Positions 42,084 through 52,308 are shown, numbered from the stretch's first letter. The stretch is DNA of 64,000 nucleotides from an uncultured Phycisphaerales bacterium (GCA_963718665.1 OY970359.1:128001-192000); one strand, 5' to 3'. Notes: generated from the letters alone by a model not told the origin. Numbers and translations are program-made.

Positions 42084-42821
42084 CTACATCGCCATACCGC
42101 CATCGACGCCAAGGACCTGCCCTGTGATGTATCCGGAGTCGTCGCTGGATAAAAACGCCACTCCGCGGGCAACATCCTCGACGTTGCCAAACCGTTTTAC
42201 GGGTATGAACGCCATCGCGCCTTCCTTTACGGCGTCGGGCAGGACAGCCGTCATATCGGTCTGGATAAAGCCCGGCGCGATGCAGTTGGCGGTAACGTTC
42301 TTTTTGCCGACCTCGCGTGCGATTGATTTGGTCATACCGATTAATCCCGCCTTGCTGGCTGCGTAGTTTGTGGAGCCCGCCTGGCCTATGACGCCCGCGA
42401 CGGAGCTGATACTGACGATTCTGCCGAATTTATTGCGAACCATCGACCTTACAGCAACGCGCGTCGCCACGAAGGCCGCGCGAAGATTTACGTTGATGAC
42501 CTTGTCGAAATCCTCGTCGTCCATCTGAATCATCAGCCTGTCGCGCGTTATGCCTGCGTTATTGACCAAAATGCCTATGCCGCCAAACTGGTTAGCTAAT
42601 TCTTCGAGAAGCGCGGTGAGCTTTTCGGAATTTGTAATGTCGATGCACTTGGTGATAACATCGTATCCCTGCTGTTTGCATACAGCCACAAGCTCTTCAA
42701 GCTGCACCGCGTTAAGGTCTAAGCCGGCAACGATACGCCCCTGCTTCAAAAGTTCCAATACGATTGCCCTGCCGATTCCTCTTGCAGCGCCCGTTACTAC
42801 CGCTAATCTTTTTTCAGACAT
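42084..42821 (-). CDS. fabG: 3-oxoacyl-ACP reductase
   Basis: TGAARGIG, NNAGITRD, YAASK, APGFIQTDMT, VDGGM. Confidence 0.95.
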   Translation of the reverse strand: MSEKRLAVVTGAARGIGRAIVLELLKQGRIVAGLDLNAVQLEELVAVCKQQGYDVITKCIDITNSEKLTALLEELANQFGGIGILVNNAGITRDRLMIQMDDEDFDKVINVNLRAAFVATRVAVRSMVRNKFGRIVSISSVAGVIGQAGSTNYAASKAGLIGMTKSIAREVGKKNVTANCIAPGFIQTDMTAVLPDAVKEGAMAFIPVKRFGNVEDVARGVAFLSSDDSGYITGQVLGVDGGMAM

Positions 42822-42930
42822 TACAAATTTCTCCAGATTACGAAATATTAATCGTTTTGCGCAAGTATATTGGTTTTAGAACAGGATGCAAGCCGGTAGT
42901 TGGCAGCCAACATACAGCAAATGCCTGTGA

Positions 42931-43122
42931 TTACTTTTTATTTTCCTTCCAGAGCCAGATTGCCAGAGCAGCTGTAACGATACACGCCGGGATGCTCATC
43001 CACATCGGCACCACAAAAAGATCAGTTATAACCTTCACCTGCAAAATCAGTCGGAGCAAATGTGCGATTGAAACAATCAACAGGAATATCACCGTGATGG
43101 TTGTTGCCGGTTTCATAATCAT
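42931..43122 (-). CDS. Small two-TM membrane protein
   Basis: 63 aa, IAHLLRL and VPMWMS pattern, AGGAG RBS. Confidence 0.7.
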   Translation of the reverse strand: MIMKPATTITVIFLLIVSIAHLLRLILQVKVITDLFVVPMWMSIPACIVTAALAIWLWKENKK

Positions 43123-43134
43123 TCTCCTTAAAAT

Positions 43135-44067
43135 TTACAATTCGCTAATTGCCGCCGCGGAAGAAACGTTAATTATGTTTGCCCTGCGGTGGATGCGTTT
43201 CATCAGGCCGGTAAGGACCTTGCCTGGACCTATTTCATAAAATGTATCTGTGCCGTCGGCCATCAGCCGTTCAACGCATTTTTGCCAGTATATCGGCTGG
43301 ACAAGCTGCCTTGCAAGTGATTCGCGAATCTGGTTTGCGCTTGCATAATAATCGGCTGTGATATTGGCGATAACTTTCGGCTGGGTCGGGTCTTTAATAC
43401 CGGTCTGGGCAAGTGCCCGGCTAAGCGCATCCGCCGCCGGGGACATCATCGTCGTATGAAATGCGCCGGCGACCTCCAGCCGGATTGCCTTCATCGCACC
43501 GTATTTTCCCGCTAATTTTTCCGCCCGTTCACAGGCCGATATTGTGCCGCTTATTGCGATTTGGCCCGGGCAATTGAAATTGACGCCTGCCAGCAATTCC
43601 CCCTGGGCCGCCTCGGCGCACAGGGCTTTGGTCTTTTCCTCATCAAGGCCGATGAGCGCGACCATGCCGCCTTTGCTGTTGTCGGCTGCGGCCTGCATCG
43701 CCTCGCCGCGCTTTTTGACCAACTTCAAACCGTCCTCAAAACTAATCAGTCCCGCCGCGTAAAGTGCGGTATATTCGCCCATACTCAGGCCCGCTGTTAC
43801 ATCCGCTGTGATATTTTTTGTTTTTTCGCCCGCTCTAAATATCTCCAGAATCGCCGCCGAAACTGTAAAAATCGCTGGCTGAGACATTGTCGTTGTATTC
43901 AACATCTCGGCAGGCCCTTCGAAGCAAATCCTGGCGATATCGAATCCTAAAATCTGATTGGCCTTGTCAAATATGGCTTTTCCTGTGCCAAACGCCTCCA
44001 CGACGTCTTTGCCCATCCCGATAAATTGTGCGCCCTGACCCGGAAATAAAAATGCTGTTTTCATCAT
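43135..44067 (-). CDS. fabD: Malonyl-CoA:ACP transacylase
   Basis: FPGQGAQ, QPAI, GLSMGEY, AGAFH, EIGPGKVL. Confidence 0.95.
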   Translation of the reverse strand: MMKTAFLFPGQGAQFIGMGKDVVEAFGTGKAIFDKANQILGFDIARICFEGPAEMLNTTTMSQPAIFTVSAAILEIFRAGEKTKNITADVTAGLSMGEYTALYAAGLISFEDGLKLVKKRGEAMQAAADNSKGGMVALIGLDEEKTKALCAEAAQGELLAGVNFNCPGQIAISGTISACERAEKLAGKYGAMKAIRLEVAGAFHTTMMSPAADALSRALAQTGIKDPTQPKVIANITADYYASANQIRESLARQLVQPIYWQKCVERLMADGTDTFYEIGPGKVLTGLMKRIHRRANIINVSSAAAISEL

Positions 44068-44328
44068 TTCGTCCTTAGTATATAGTATCTCGTTGGTTGT
44101 TTGGGTTTCAAAACCGCGAGTTTTATCGCAGAAACAGCAGTGGGTGTCAAGAGACAGCCGGTATTTCAACGGGGCAAAATCCGCCAAAATTGAACCATGG
44201 GTGAGTCATCCGGTCGGATATGCGGTAAAAAACGCAATTTCGTCTTGACAAACCTTCCGCTGTAAAGTATCAATACTCGTTTTAATCGAGGATGCTTAAA
44301 TCAGAAGCGATTTTTGGAGTACCAGTTA

Positions 44329-44523
44329 ATGCTGCCGATAAAAAAAATTAGTAAGAGCCGAACTCATTCACGCAGGGCACATCACGCCCTTAAGCCGGTG
44401 AATTACACCGTATGCCCGAAGTGCGGCCAGGCAAAGCTGCCACACGCCGCATGCGAAAAATGCGGTTATCTCAATTCAAAAATCACCCTGAAAATAGCGG
44501 AAAAAACCGAAAAAAAGGGGTAA
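44329..44523 (+). CDS. rpmF: 50S ribosomal protein L32
   Basis: PIKKISKSR...CPKCG...PHAACEKCG; directly upstream of plsX. Confidence 0.92.
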   Translation: MLPIKKISKSRTHSRRAHHALKPVNYTVCPKCGQAKLPHAACEKCGYLNSKITLKIAEKTEKKG

Positions 44524-44529
44524 TTCCTG

Positions 44530-45597
44530 ATGCGTATCGCTATAGACGCGATGGGCGGTGATTATGCACCGGATGCTATTATTTCGGGCGCAGTTGAGGC
44601 ACTTGCTCTGCTCGAAAAAGGCGACGAGGTGATTCTCGTCGGCCGCAGGGAAGCTATTGAACCAAAGCTGCCCAAAATGGCTGCCTACCCCGCTACGCTT
44701 ACTATTGTTCATGCGCCCGATGTTATTGGTATGGACGACCCCCCTATCGATTCATTGCGGAAGAAACCCCGCAGCTCGATATCGATTCTTGCCAAGTTAG
44801 GCAAGCTGGACCGGGCCGACGCAGTCATCTCCGCAGGAAATACAGGCGCGTGTGTCGCGGCCTTCCAGATGCGTATGCGAAATCTGCAGAGCGTCAATCG
44901 TCCCGGAATCGCGGTGGTCTTCCCAACCTTCGAAGGCCCCGTTACTATTTGCGACGTCGGGGCTAATATCGCCTGCAAGCCAATCAATCTTTACCAGTAT
45001 GCGGTTATGTCTTCGATATATGCACGAGAACTGTTCGGGATACAAAACCCCAGGGTAGGGCTGATTAGCATCGGCGAGGAAGACGCCAAGGGTAACGAAG
45101 TAGTCAAAAAGGCGAGAGGACTCATAAAACAGGACCCGAAAATCAACTTCATCGGGAACATCGAGGGGCGGGATATCTTCAAGGGCGCCTGCGACGTGGC
45201 AATATGTGAAGGATTCGTGGGAAACGTCATCCTGAAGCTGACCGAGGGACTTATCGAAGGGCTTGTCAAGGCAATAAAGCAGGAGATTATGACGCATAAG
45301 TTCCGGCTGGTAATCGGGCCTATGTTCAAAGGGTTAATGAAACGATTCTTCAAAAAGCACGATTATCACGAATACGGCGGCGCGTTGCTGCTGGGCATAA
45401 ACGGCACAGCGTTGATTTGCCACGGGGCAAGCGAAAGCAGGACGATAAAAAACGCCATAATGGCGGCGAAAAAATATCACGTAATAAACATAAACGGTAA
45501 AATTGCCGAATACCTTTCGGCAAGCAACATAGGCGGCGAAGAAGGACAAAACGCCGAACCGGAGGAAGAAGGATTAAGGGCCAGGGATGAGCAATAA
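44530..45597 (+). CDS. plsX: Phosphate acyltransferase
   Basis: IAIDAMGGDYAP, SAGNTGA, GNIEGRD, YGGALLLG. Confidence 0.95.
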   Translation: MRIAIDAMGGDYAPDAIISGAVEALALLEKGDEVILVGRREAIEPKLPKMAAYPATLTIVHAPDVIGMDDPPIDSLRKKPRSSISILAKLGKLDRADAVISAGNTGACVAAFQMRMRNLQSVNRPGIAVVFPTFEGPVTICDVGANIACKPINLYQYAVMSSIYARELFGIQNPRVGLISIGEEDAKGNEVVKKARGLIKQDPKINFIGNIEGRDIFKGACDVAICEGFVGNVILKLTEGLIEGLVKAIKQEIMTHKFRLVIGPMFKGLMKRFFKKHDYHEYGGALLLGINGTALICHGASESRTIKNAIMAAKKYHVININGKIAEYLSASNIGGEEGQNAEPEEEGLRARDEQ

Positions 45598-46611
45598 GAT
45601 TGAGTCGCACCACTCGGATTTCAACGCGGTAATCACGGGACACGGTTCATACGCGCCGCCCGGAATTCTTACGAATGAAGAACTCGCCAAAATGGTCGAG
45701 ACATCGGATGAATGGATAAAGACGCGGACGGGCATCGAACGCAGGCACATCTGTAAAAATAACGAAAGCACGGCGCAATTAGCGACCGAGGCCGCCAAAA
45801 AAGCTATTGCCAAAGCCGGGTTACAGCCGGAACAAATAGAGCTTATCATCGTCGCAACAATCTCCCCTGAAATGGTATTTCCTTCAACAGCGTGCTTTGT
45901 GCAGCAGAACCTCGGCGCAAGAAAGCATGGGCATTCGACCTGGCGGCAGCATGCAGCGGGTTCATTTACAGCATTTCAATTGCGCAGCAGTTCATCGAAA
46001 GCGGCAGGGTTCATAACGCCCTTATCGTCGGCGCGGAAACGCTGACTAAAATCACCAACTACAAGGACCGCACGAGCTGTATTCTCTTCGGCGACGGCGC
46101 AGGCGCCATAGTCATCGAGGGTAAGCCGAAAGAAAAGGGAAAACCGCAAAGAGGCATCATTTACAGCACGATGTACACCGATGGCAGCTCGTGGCAGGCG
46201 CTGAATTGTCAGGCGTATGGTTCTCGCAATCCTGTAAGCAAACCTCTGGATGACCCCAAAAAGATTTTTATGGAAATCAAGGGACGAGAGGTTTATCAGC
46301 AGGCGGTGCGAAGAATCGTCGAGACGATAACGGAGTGCCTGGAGAAATGCAAAATCACCCTCGATGACGTTAAAATGATTGTCTCGCACCAGATGAACGC
46401 CCGAATCATCGAATCGGCAGCCAAACGGCTGGAACTGCCGGATGATAAAATATTCATCAATATCAACGAATACGGCAACACTTCCGCAGCTTCAGTGCCG
46501 CTCGCCTTTGACCAGGCCATACGCGAAGGGAAAATCCAGCGGGGAGATATTGTTATCCTGGTCGCTTTCGGTGCAGGCCTTACCTGGGGCGCCAACGTCA
46601 TACGCTTCTGA
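45587..46611 (+). pseudogene. fabH: 3-oxoacyl-ACP synthase III split by a 1-nt frameshift near 45920 (may be a sequencing error)
   Basis: Frame 1 TSDEWIKTRTGI...PSTACFVQQNLGA; frame 2 AWAFDLAAACSGF, LFGDGAGA, HQMN, YGNTSAAS, FGAGLTWG. Confidence 0.85.
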
Positions 46612-46637
46612 CAACCGCTTTGTGATTTTGCGGTACG

Positions 46638-47207
46638 TTATTTTTTGCTCGTATCCACAAGAGTGAAGGCGGAAACGTAATTGAATTTCTGACCGCCAAG
46701 CGATGCATCGACCATCAGGCCTTTGTCGGTAGCGATGAACACGGCCATTCCTGAATGGTAATCGGCCTTGGCTGCTGCGCCGGCGGTAACTGCAACGCCT
46801 GTAACCTGCGCGGAGAAGGTGTATTCATCGGTTTTGAAACTGTCTAAGTCGGATTTGTCTCTGAAAAATACTATTTCACGGAAATATTCACCGCCGAAAG
46901 AGAAACCGAGTGTTGCCTGTTTCATGTCGCAGTAACCAACCATCTGGCCTTTTTCGTAAACTTCGCCTTTGCCGTAGGCGCCGCCGAGCCAGAATGCCCC
47001 TTTGAAGACCTTCGGCAGGACCGCGTAGCCATAGGATTGATTGAAGAATTTATCGATGCCTGGGTCTTTTTCCTTGAATATCGTGATGGCTTCATTGACT
47101 TGTGCGCTTAGGACGGCCTGTCCTTCGGCTTTTTCGGGTTCAACAGAACAACCCGCGAAAAATAACGACGCCGTAAGTATTACCGTAACAAATTTTATTG
47201 CGTTCAT
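46638..47207 (-). CDS. Ysc84/SYLF-domain lipoprotein
   Basis: FAGC lipobox, GYAVLP...GGAYGKG, KGLMVDASLGGQKF. Confidence 0.85.
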   Translation of the reverse strand: MNAIKFVTVILTASLFFAGCSVEPEKAEGQAVLSAQVNEAITIFKEKDPGIDKFFNQSYGYAVLPKVFKGAFWLGGAYGKGEVYEKGQMVGYCDMKQATLGFSFGGEYFREIVFFRDKSDLDSFKTDEYTFSAQVTGVAVTAGAAAKADYHSGMAVFIATDKGLMVDASLGGQKFNYVSAFTLVDTSKK

Positions 47208-47300
47208 TTTAGCTCCTTTCGCATAATTAACAGTTTGTCTCATCTTTTACTTCTACAGCAGGCAATTTGCAAGTGTTTTTGAAGATCAAAAAGAGCAGGG

Positions 47301-48899
47301 TCAGAAAAGCATCGAGTCGGCGAAGGCCGATTGGAAGAAGGGGTCATTGGCGATTTCAATATATTCAATTCGGCGGGCAAGGTCCGCCGCAAGCGCCCGG
47401 AAGCTGGAGCTGACCAGAATCAATTGAGCCCCGGACGAAGCTGCGTTGCCTACGGAGTGGATACGTTCGACAGGGACATTCGGCAGCAGGCCTATGCGAA
47501 GGGCTGATTGCCGGCGGATGTAATTGCCGAATGCACCGGCGAGATAGATTGCTTTTATGTCCGCGTCGGCAACCTTCAGGCGATGCTGAAGAATATGGAT
47601 GCCCGCGCGGATTGCGGACTTGGCGAGCTGAACCTCGCGGATATCCTGCTGAGTGAGATAAACCGCCGGAGTATGGCCTTTGTAAGCAAGGACAAAAGCG
47701 GGGCCTTCATCTTTGGGATGAGAATGTGTGTGTTTAATTTTGGTTATACGTTTCGCGATGGCCGAGGGTAGGGACATTTTGGGGTTGAACCGGCCTGTAA
47801 AATCAATGACGCCCGAATCGAGCATAACAGCGACGGCGTCGATAAGGCCTGAGCCGCAAATCGAGACGGGTTTGCCCCCCCCTATTACGTCAATGGCGAT
47901 ATTGTGTTTCTCGAGAACGACGGCCTCGATTGCGCCGTCGGCAGCCCTTGAACCACAGGCGATTCTTGCGCCTTCAAAGGCAGGTCCCGCGGCACAGCTC
48001 GCAGCAATGAGTTTGTCTTTTGTGCCGAGTAAAACTTCACCATTGGTTCCTATGTCAATGACGAGGGTCATCTGGTCCGCGGAATCGAGCGACGTCGCCA
48101 GAGCAACAGATGTAGTGTCGGCTCCGACAAAGCCGGCGATATTGGCAACGGTGTGAACATTGCCCGCGGGATTAACTCGCAGACCGATTTCGGCTGGAGT
48201 GGAATCATTTGTATCGAGCGAGAATGCCTTATATGGCGCCTCGCCAAGCTGAGTTACTGGTAATTGAAGGAAGATGTGATGCATCGTGGTATTGCCGACG
48301 ACGCAGGTTTCGTATATGTCGTTATTTTTAGCATTGACCTGCCGGCAGCAATCGTCGATGAGGTCGTTAAGCCGACCTGCAATCAACTCGTTTAGCTCTT
48401 TTAATTTTGCGTCGGTCCCGGCGTAGCCGATTCTGGAGATTACGTCATCGCCGAATTTTGTTTGCGGATTAAGGGTGGCACAGGTCGCTAAGAGCCGGCC
48501 TGTTTTCATATCTATTAATTTGACGACGACGGTTGTGGTGCCGATATCGACCGCCAAACCGAGTATGGGACGAATGCCGGCGGCAGAGAGGTATTTCTTA
48601 TAAATATCGGCTCCGACGGCGTCTTTGCGGGCGGCCCCATCGGTGAGGATTTTGTGCTCAACGAAACGGGAATCGGGGAGCACAAGAACCGTCATATTTT
48701 CGGTAACGTGATATTGGCAGGCGAGGACGGTTTGGCCCGCCGGCTGAAGGACAACAGCGCATTTGCCGCAGGTGCCCTTCTCGCCGCATATAGTATTGAG
48801 AACGATACCCGCCAACCCCGCGGCTTCCAACAGCGTTGCGCCGGGGTGAATGGAAACCTGCCTGCCGTCGGGCTGAAAGGTAACGGTAAAATGCTTCAT
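47301..48899 (-). CDS. RACo-like corrinoid reductive activator (2Fe-2S + ASKHA ATPase, DUF4445)
   Basis: CGEKGTCGKC...LACQ, DIGTTT, GDDVISRI, DIGTNGE, AAGPAFEG, SICGSG, AGAFG. Confidence 0.9.
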   Translation of the reverse strand: MKHFTVTFQPDGRQVSIHPGATLLEAAGLAGIVLNTICGEKGTCGKCAVVLQPAGQTVLACQYHVTENMTVLVLPDSRFVEHKILTDGAARKDAVGADIYKKYLSAAGIRPILGLAVDIGTTTVVVKLIDMKTGRLLATCATLNPQTKFGDDVISRIGYAGTDAKLKELNELIAGRLNDLIDDCCRQVNAKNNDIYETCVVGNTTMHHIFLQLPVTQLGEAPYKAFSLDTNDSTPAEIGLRVNPAGNVHTVANIAGFVGADTTSVALATSLDSADQMTLVIDIGTNGEVLLGTKDKLIAASCAAGPAFEGARIACGSRAADGAIEAVVLEKHNIAIDVIGGGKPVSICGSGLIDAVAVMLDSGVIDFTGRFNPKMSLPSAIAKRITKIKHTHSHPKDEGPAFVLAYKGHTPAVYLTQQDIREVQLAKSAIRAGIHILQHRLKVADADIKAIYLAGAFGNYIRRQSALRIGLLPNVPVERIHSVGNAASSGAQLILVSSSFRALAADLARRIEYIEIANDPFFQSAFADSMLF

Positions 48900-48951
48900 T
48901 TTTAGACCGCTATTAAGTGTGTTTAACTGCCTAAAGCGGATACCTATAAGC

Positions 48952-49035
48952 TTACCAGCTTATCTTGTGGCGAATTTTCCACTTCTGGTGGCGCTTTTTG
49001 CTTCCGATTTTGCGCCTGCGTCTTGGTTTTGCCAT
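48952..49035 (-). CDS. 27-aa Arg/Lys-rich small protein (absent from the ORF track)
   Basis: MAKPRRRRKIGSKKRHQKWKIRHKISW; GGAG upstream; TTGACA-N17-TATTAT at 49103-49131. Confidence 0.65.
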   Translation of the reverse strand: MAKPRRRRKIGSKKRHQKWKIRHKISW

Positions 49036-49186
49036 ACTATACTTACTCCGTCAATCCAAACATACAATCAAAAATAACCCTGTTTATTATATCGGGCGTT
49101 TGATAATATAAGAAAAGCGATGAAATGTCAAAGTGCAATTTGATTTATGCGAATAATCTTTGACCCAGGCAAGCGGAGAAACTTAT

Positions 49187-49507
49187 ATGATTCAGTGCAC
49201 GCAGTGCGAATTATGCGAAATCGGGCCTGACGGCAGGCGGGTATTCAAATGCGACCCCTTCTCGAATATCAAGGAGCCGGAGTGCGTCGCGAAGTGGCAG
49301 CTTATTCGGCTGGATATGCTGTTGGTCAGCTACCAGAGTATGATGCGATGGCAAAAAGAGATGGAGCCGATGCAGCGGAAAATGATGAAATACGTCGATA
49401 GAGAAATGAACGACATCGATGAGAGCGACAAGTGGAAGATAGACGAGGAGGAGCCGCCGCAAGATGATGACAAAGGACCGAAACCGGACGATGGCGGAAA
49501 GCTTTAG
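49187..49507 (+). CDS. Small hypothetical protein with four Cys and an acidic tail
   Basis: MIQCTQCELC...CDPFSNIKEPEC; GGAG RBS. Confidence 0.75.
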   Translation: MIQCTQCELCEIGPDGRRVFKCDPFSNIKEPECVAKWQLIRLDMLLVSYQSMMRWQKEMEPMQRKMMKYVDREMNDIDESDKWKIDEEEPPQDDDKGPKPDDGGKL

Positions 49508-49588
49508 GGTTGCGGATTTCGGACAAGAATGGGTCCCCTGTTGTAAAACCAGAAGAGAAACTTCCCGGGGATTACACTGCGCGTTAAT

Positions 49589-50758
49589 TTATTGTCGCGA
49601 TGTGGAGGATGCCCCGTTGGTCGCGGCTGCCCCGCGGATTGCGGCATCTCTGACAGAATAGATGATATTCATTACTTCATCCCGATTTTTAATGTCCGTG
49701 CTAAGGGTAAGAAGCTTGTTAATTTGCTCCCAAAGCCATTTTTCATCAACTTTGGCGGGCGGGGTAAGATATAAAGGCATACCCGGGACACAATAAGCCC
49801 CATCCGGCAGCACTTCTTCGACCTTTTCGCCCTTGCCATCAACAAAACTCATATGCTCTTTGGCAAAGCCCTCGACATCCGCCACGCCAAGCTCCTTACA
49901 AACCAGCGACGCAAGCGACTTAATATCAATGGGGGCAACAGAGGAGGGCAAAATACCAAAAGCGTGGCCTCCCCTGCAGAAGGCGGCGAACCTCAAAAAC
50001 AGCTTTGCGGCTGTGGCCGGACAGGAAAACCTGCGTTTGGGAATTTGGCCGTCGATTACGCGAAGACGAATTGGTTTGCCTGTTTTTACGCCGTCTATTA
50101 ATGAACGCAGGAAATACGAACCGCCCGTGGAGCAGATATTGACTAATTGAAGGGTCCCAAAACGAATCCTCGGGAAATTCGACGCCATTTGTCTTACCAG
50201 AAAGTCGAGACAGAAGTTTGTAACGTCGTAAACGCTCGAAGGGGCATTGGCCTTTTCGGAAGAAATAAAAATGCAGGCCTGCATAGACGGACAATCGGCG
50301 GCGGCATTGAGAATGTTGTGGGTACCCCGGATATTGGTAACTATGAAAGCTTCAGGAGAGATGTTTGAAAGTTTGACGGAGGTCCTTGCGGCGAAACTAA
50401 AACACACGGTGGGCTTATAAACTTCGAATATCGAACGCATCCACTTCTCGTCGGCGATATCCCCGATTTCGTAGTGGACTTTTGATGATTCGAGGGGTTT
50501 GTCTTCGAGCGACTCGACGATGTCGTACATCGCCTTTTCGCTGGCGTCAACAAAAACGAAACTATCAACACCCTTATTTCTCATAAGCCCGAACAACTCG
50601 CGCCCTATCCGGTTGCCTATGCCGATAATCAGGACCACGGCCCCTTTAATAAAGCGAAAATCCTCATCAGACAGCTCAAACTTCTCCAGCTCATTGGAAT
50701 CAAGATAAGATTTAATCAGGACTTGCTCTTCGTTTTTGGTTAGCACAACATCCCCCAT
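49589..50758 (-). CDS. Degenerate CapD/Polysacc_synt_2-like nucleotide-sugar dehydratase homolog
   Basis: IGIGNRIG, IGDIAD, TNIRGTHN, FISSEKA; catalytic motifs altered. Confidence 0.7.
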   Translation of the reverse strand: MGDVVLTKNEEQVLIKSYLDSNELEKFELSDEDFRFIKGAVVLIIGIGNRIGRELFGLMRNKGVDSFVFVDASEKAMYDIVESLEDKPLESSKVHYEIGDIADEKWMRSIFEVYKPTVCFSFAARTSVKLSNISPEAFIVTNIRGTHNILNAAADCPSMQACIFISSEKANAPSSVYDVTNFCLDFLVRQMASNFPRIRFGTLQLVNICSTGGSYFLRSLIDGVKTGKPIRLRVIDGQIPKRRFSCPATAAKLFLRFAAFCRGGHAFGILPSSVAPIDIKSLASLVCKELGVADVEGFAKEHMSFVDGKGEKVEEVLPDGAYCVPGMPLYLTPPAKVDEKWLWEQINKLLTLSTDIKNRDEVMNIIYSVRDAAIRGAAATNGASSTSRQ

Positions 50759-51163
50759 GGCAAATAACCGTTACAGGCGTCAAAACCCATACCAGCACAG
50801 GCATTAAAGACAGGAAACAAGGCAGGATTGATAACCGGCAAACTACTGAATTGGCTAAATAATACGGCTGTTTTGACCGACATATACAATACCCGAATAT
50901 ATAATTTTTGCAGCAACTGTTGACCGCACAAATTACAATAGTATAATCGGCTAAATGGCTTTAAAAAGCAATAGGGCAAGGGATAAAACACAGCGCCGAC
51001 GTCAATTTCAACGTTGCCAATAAGGCATAAAGTCGAATTTAATCAACATAAGCCGGGATTGTATGTCGAATGGTTTTAACATAATCCGCTTTTGTGTCTT
51101 AGAATATCAACCTGGGGATAATCTCGTGGTCCAATCCGTCAAAATTCCGCAAGAGGTGTATTA

Positions 51164-52258
51164 ATGATAATAAAAATGCGTCTAAAAAAACTGCTGCAGG
51201 AGCATAATTTGTACAAACGCGGCATTATGCAGGTTATGGCCAAGGACCTGGGGCTGCACAGGCAGACAGTTTCGAAGATGTTCAGCGACGAAATCGGGAC
51301 CATATCGACCGGCACTTTAAGCAAAATCTGCTCCTGGTTAATAGAGAACGATGTGCCCGCAAAGTCACTGCCTGCCGCGCTTTTCGGGCGAGGGCGGGGC
51401 AAATTATGGCAGGAATTCGCTGAGAAAGAAAAATGCAACTTCTTCATAGGCGAATATCACGAGCCGCGGGAGCAGGAGGTGCTTTGGAAGTGGCTCAGCC
51501 GGAGTGATACGACGGCGCTGGGACTTTTCGCCCAGCAATTATCAACACCACAGGAAGATAATGCCACGACGCCCGGACTGTTTTTTGAATACATACCATT
51601 CCATTACCCTCTGCAAAGCTACGATGTCAGACAGGAACCTTTGACGCAGGACATACAAAGGAGCGGAAAAATCTTCCAGAAGATGCTGTCGGACAAAAAC
51701 ACCTCCTCGATATTAATCGGCAGCCAGCGGGTTAACTATCTGCTGGAGCATTTTGTGGCCGATTTATTCAAATGCGCCCCATTTGCCACCTCTGCACAAC
51801 CTCGCGTGCCGTGGTTTACGGTATATCGTGAAAGCGACCACATGGTACCAAGCTGCTTTGGAGGCAAAATCAGGCCCGGAGGCGGCAAAGAATGTTCGAC
51901 GCCGGGGCTGCATTACATCAATGAGAGGGGCAAATGGGTGGCCTTTCCGTGGCATTTGCACGAGCAGGACGGCGGGGTAGTGATTATTGTCCGCGACAAC
52001 GAAAAAGACACGATGAGTATGGCGGTATTCGGCTTCGGGGGACTGACGACCGAGGCAATCGCCAGAGCTACAGTTCTTCAGGAGGAAAAATTCGTTGAGC
52101 CGCAATGGGAAACAGGCAGCAGGGAAATCGGGGTTTTTATCTGCTTAGTGAAATACCAGGTGAATCATCTGCCGGGTGAAATAGAGGAAACGGTTACCCC
52201 GACGGATTACGAAATAATACCGATGAAGGAAAAGGTATTGAAGCAATTCCTGCTCTAA
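51164..52258 (+). CDS. XRE/Cro-type HTH regulator with a large unassigned C-terminal domain
   Basis: MAKDLGLHRQTVSKMF...TLSKICSWL HTH. Confidence 0.75.
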   Translation: MIIKMRLKKLLQEHNLYKRGIMQVMAKDLGLHRQTVSKMFSDEIGTISTGTLSKICSWLIENDVPAKSLPAALFGRGRGKLWQEFAEKEKCNFFIGEYHEPREQEVLWKWLSRSDTTALGLFAQQLSTPQEDNATTPGLFFEYIPFHYPLQSYDVRQEPLTQDIQRSGKIFQKMLSDKNTSSILIGSQRVNYLLEHFVADLFKCAPFATSAQPRVPWFTVYRESDHMVPSCFGGKIRPGGGKECSTPGLHYINERGKWVAFPWHLHEQDGGVVIIVRDNEKDTMSMAVFGFGGLTTEAIARATVLQEEKFVEPQWETGSREIGVFICLVKYQVNHLPGEIEETVTPTDYEIIPMKEKVLKQFLL

Positions 52259-52279
52259 CGATAGTCATTATGCCGAAGC

Positions 52280-52308
52280 AAAACAGCCCTCCTCCGACGA
52301 AGGGCTGC
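52280..52308 (-). terminator. Intrinsic terminator after the Cys-rich small ORF
   Basis: Minus strand GCAGCCCTTC-GTCGGA-GGAGGGCTGT followed by a short T run. Confidence 0.6.
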
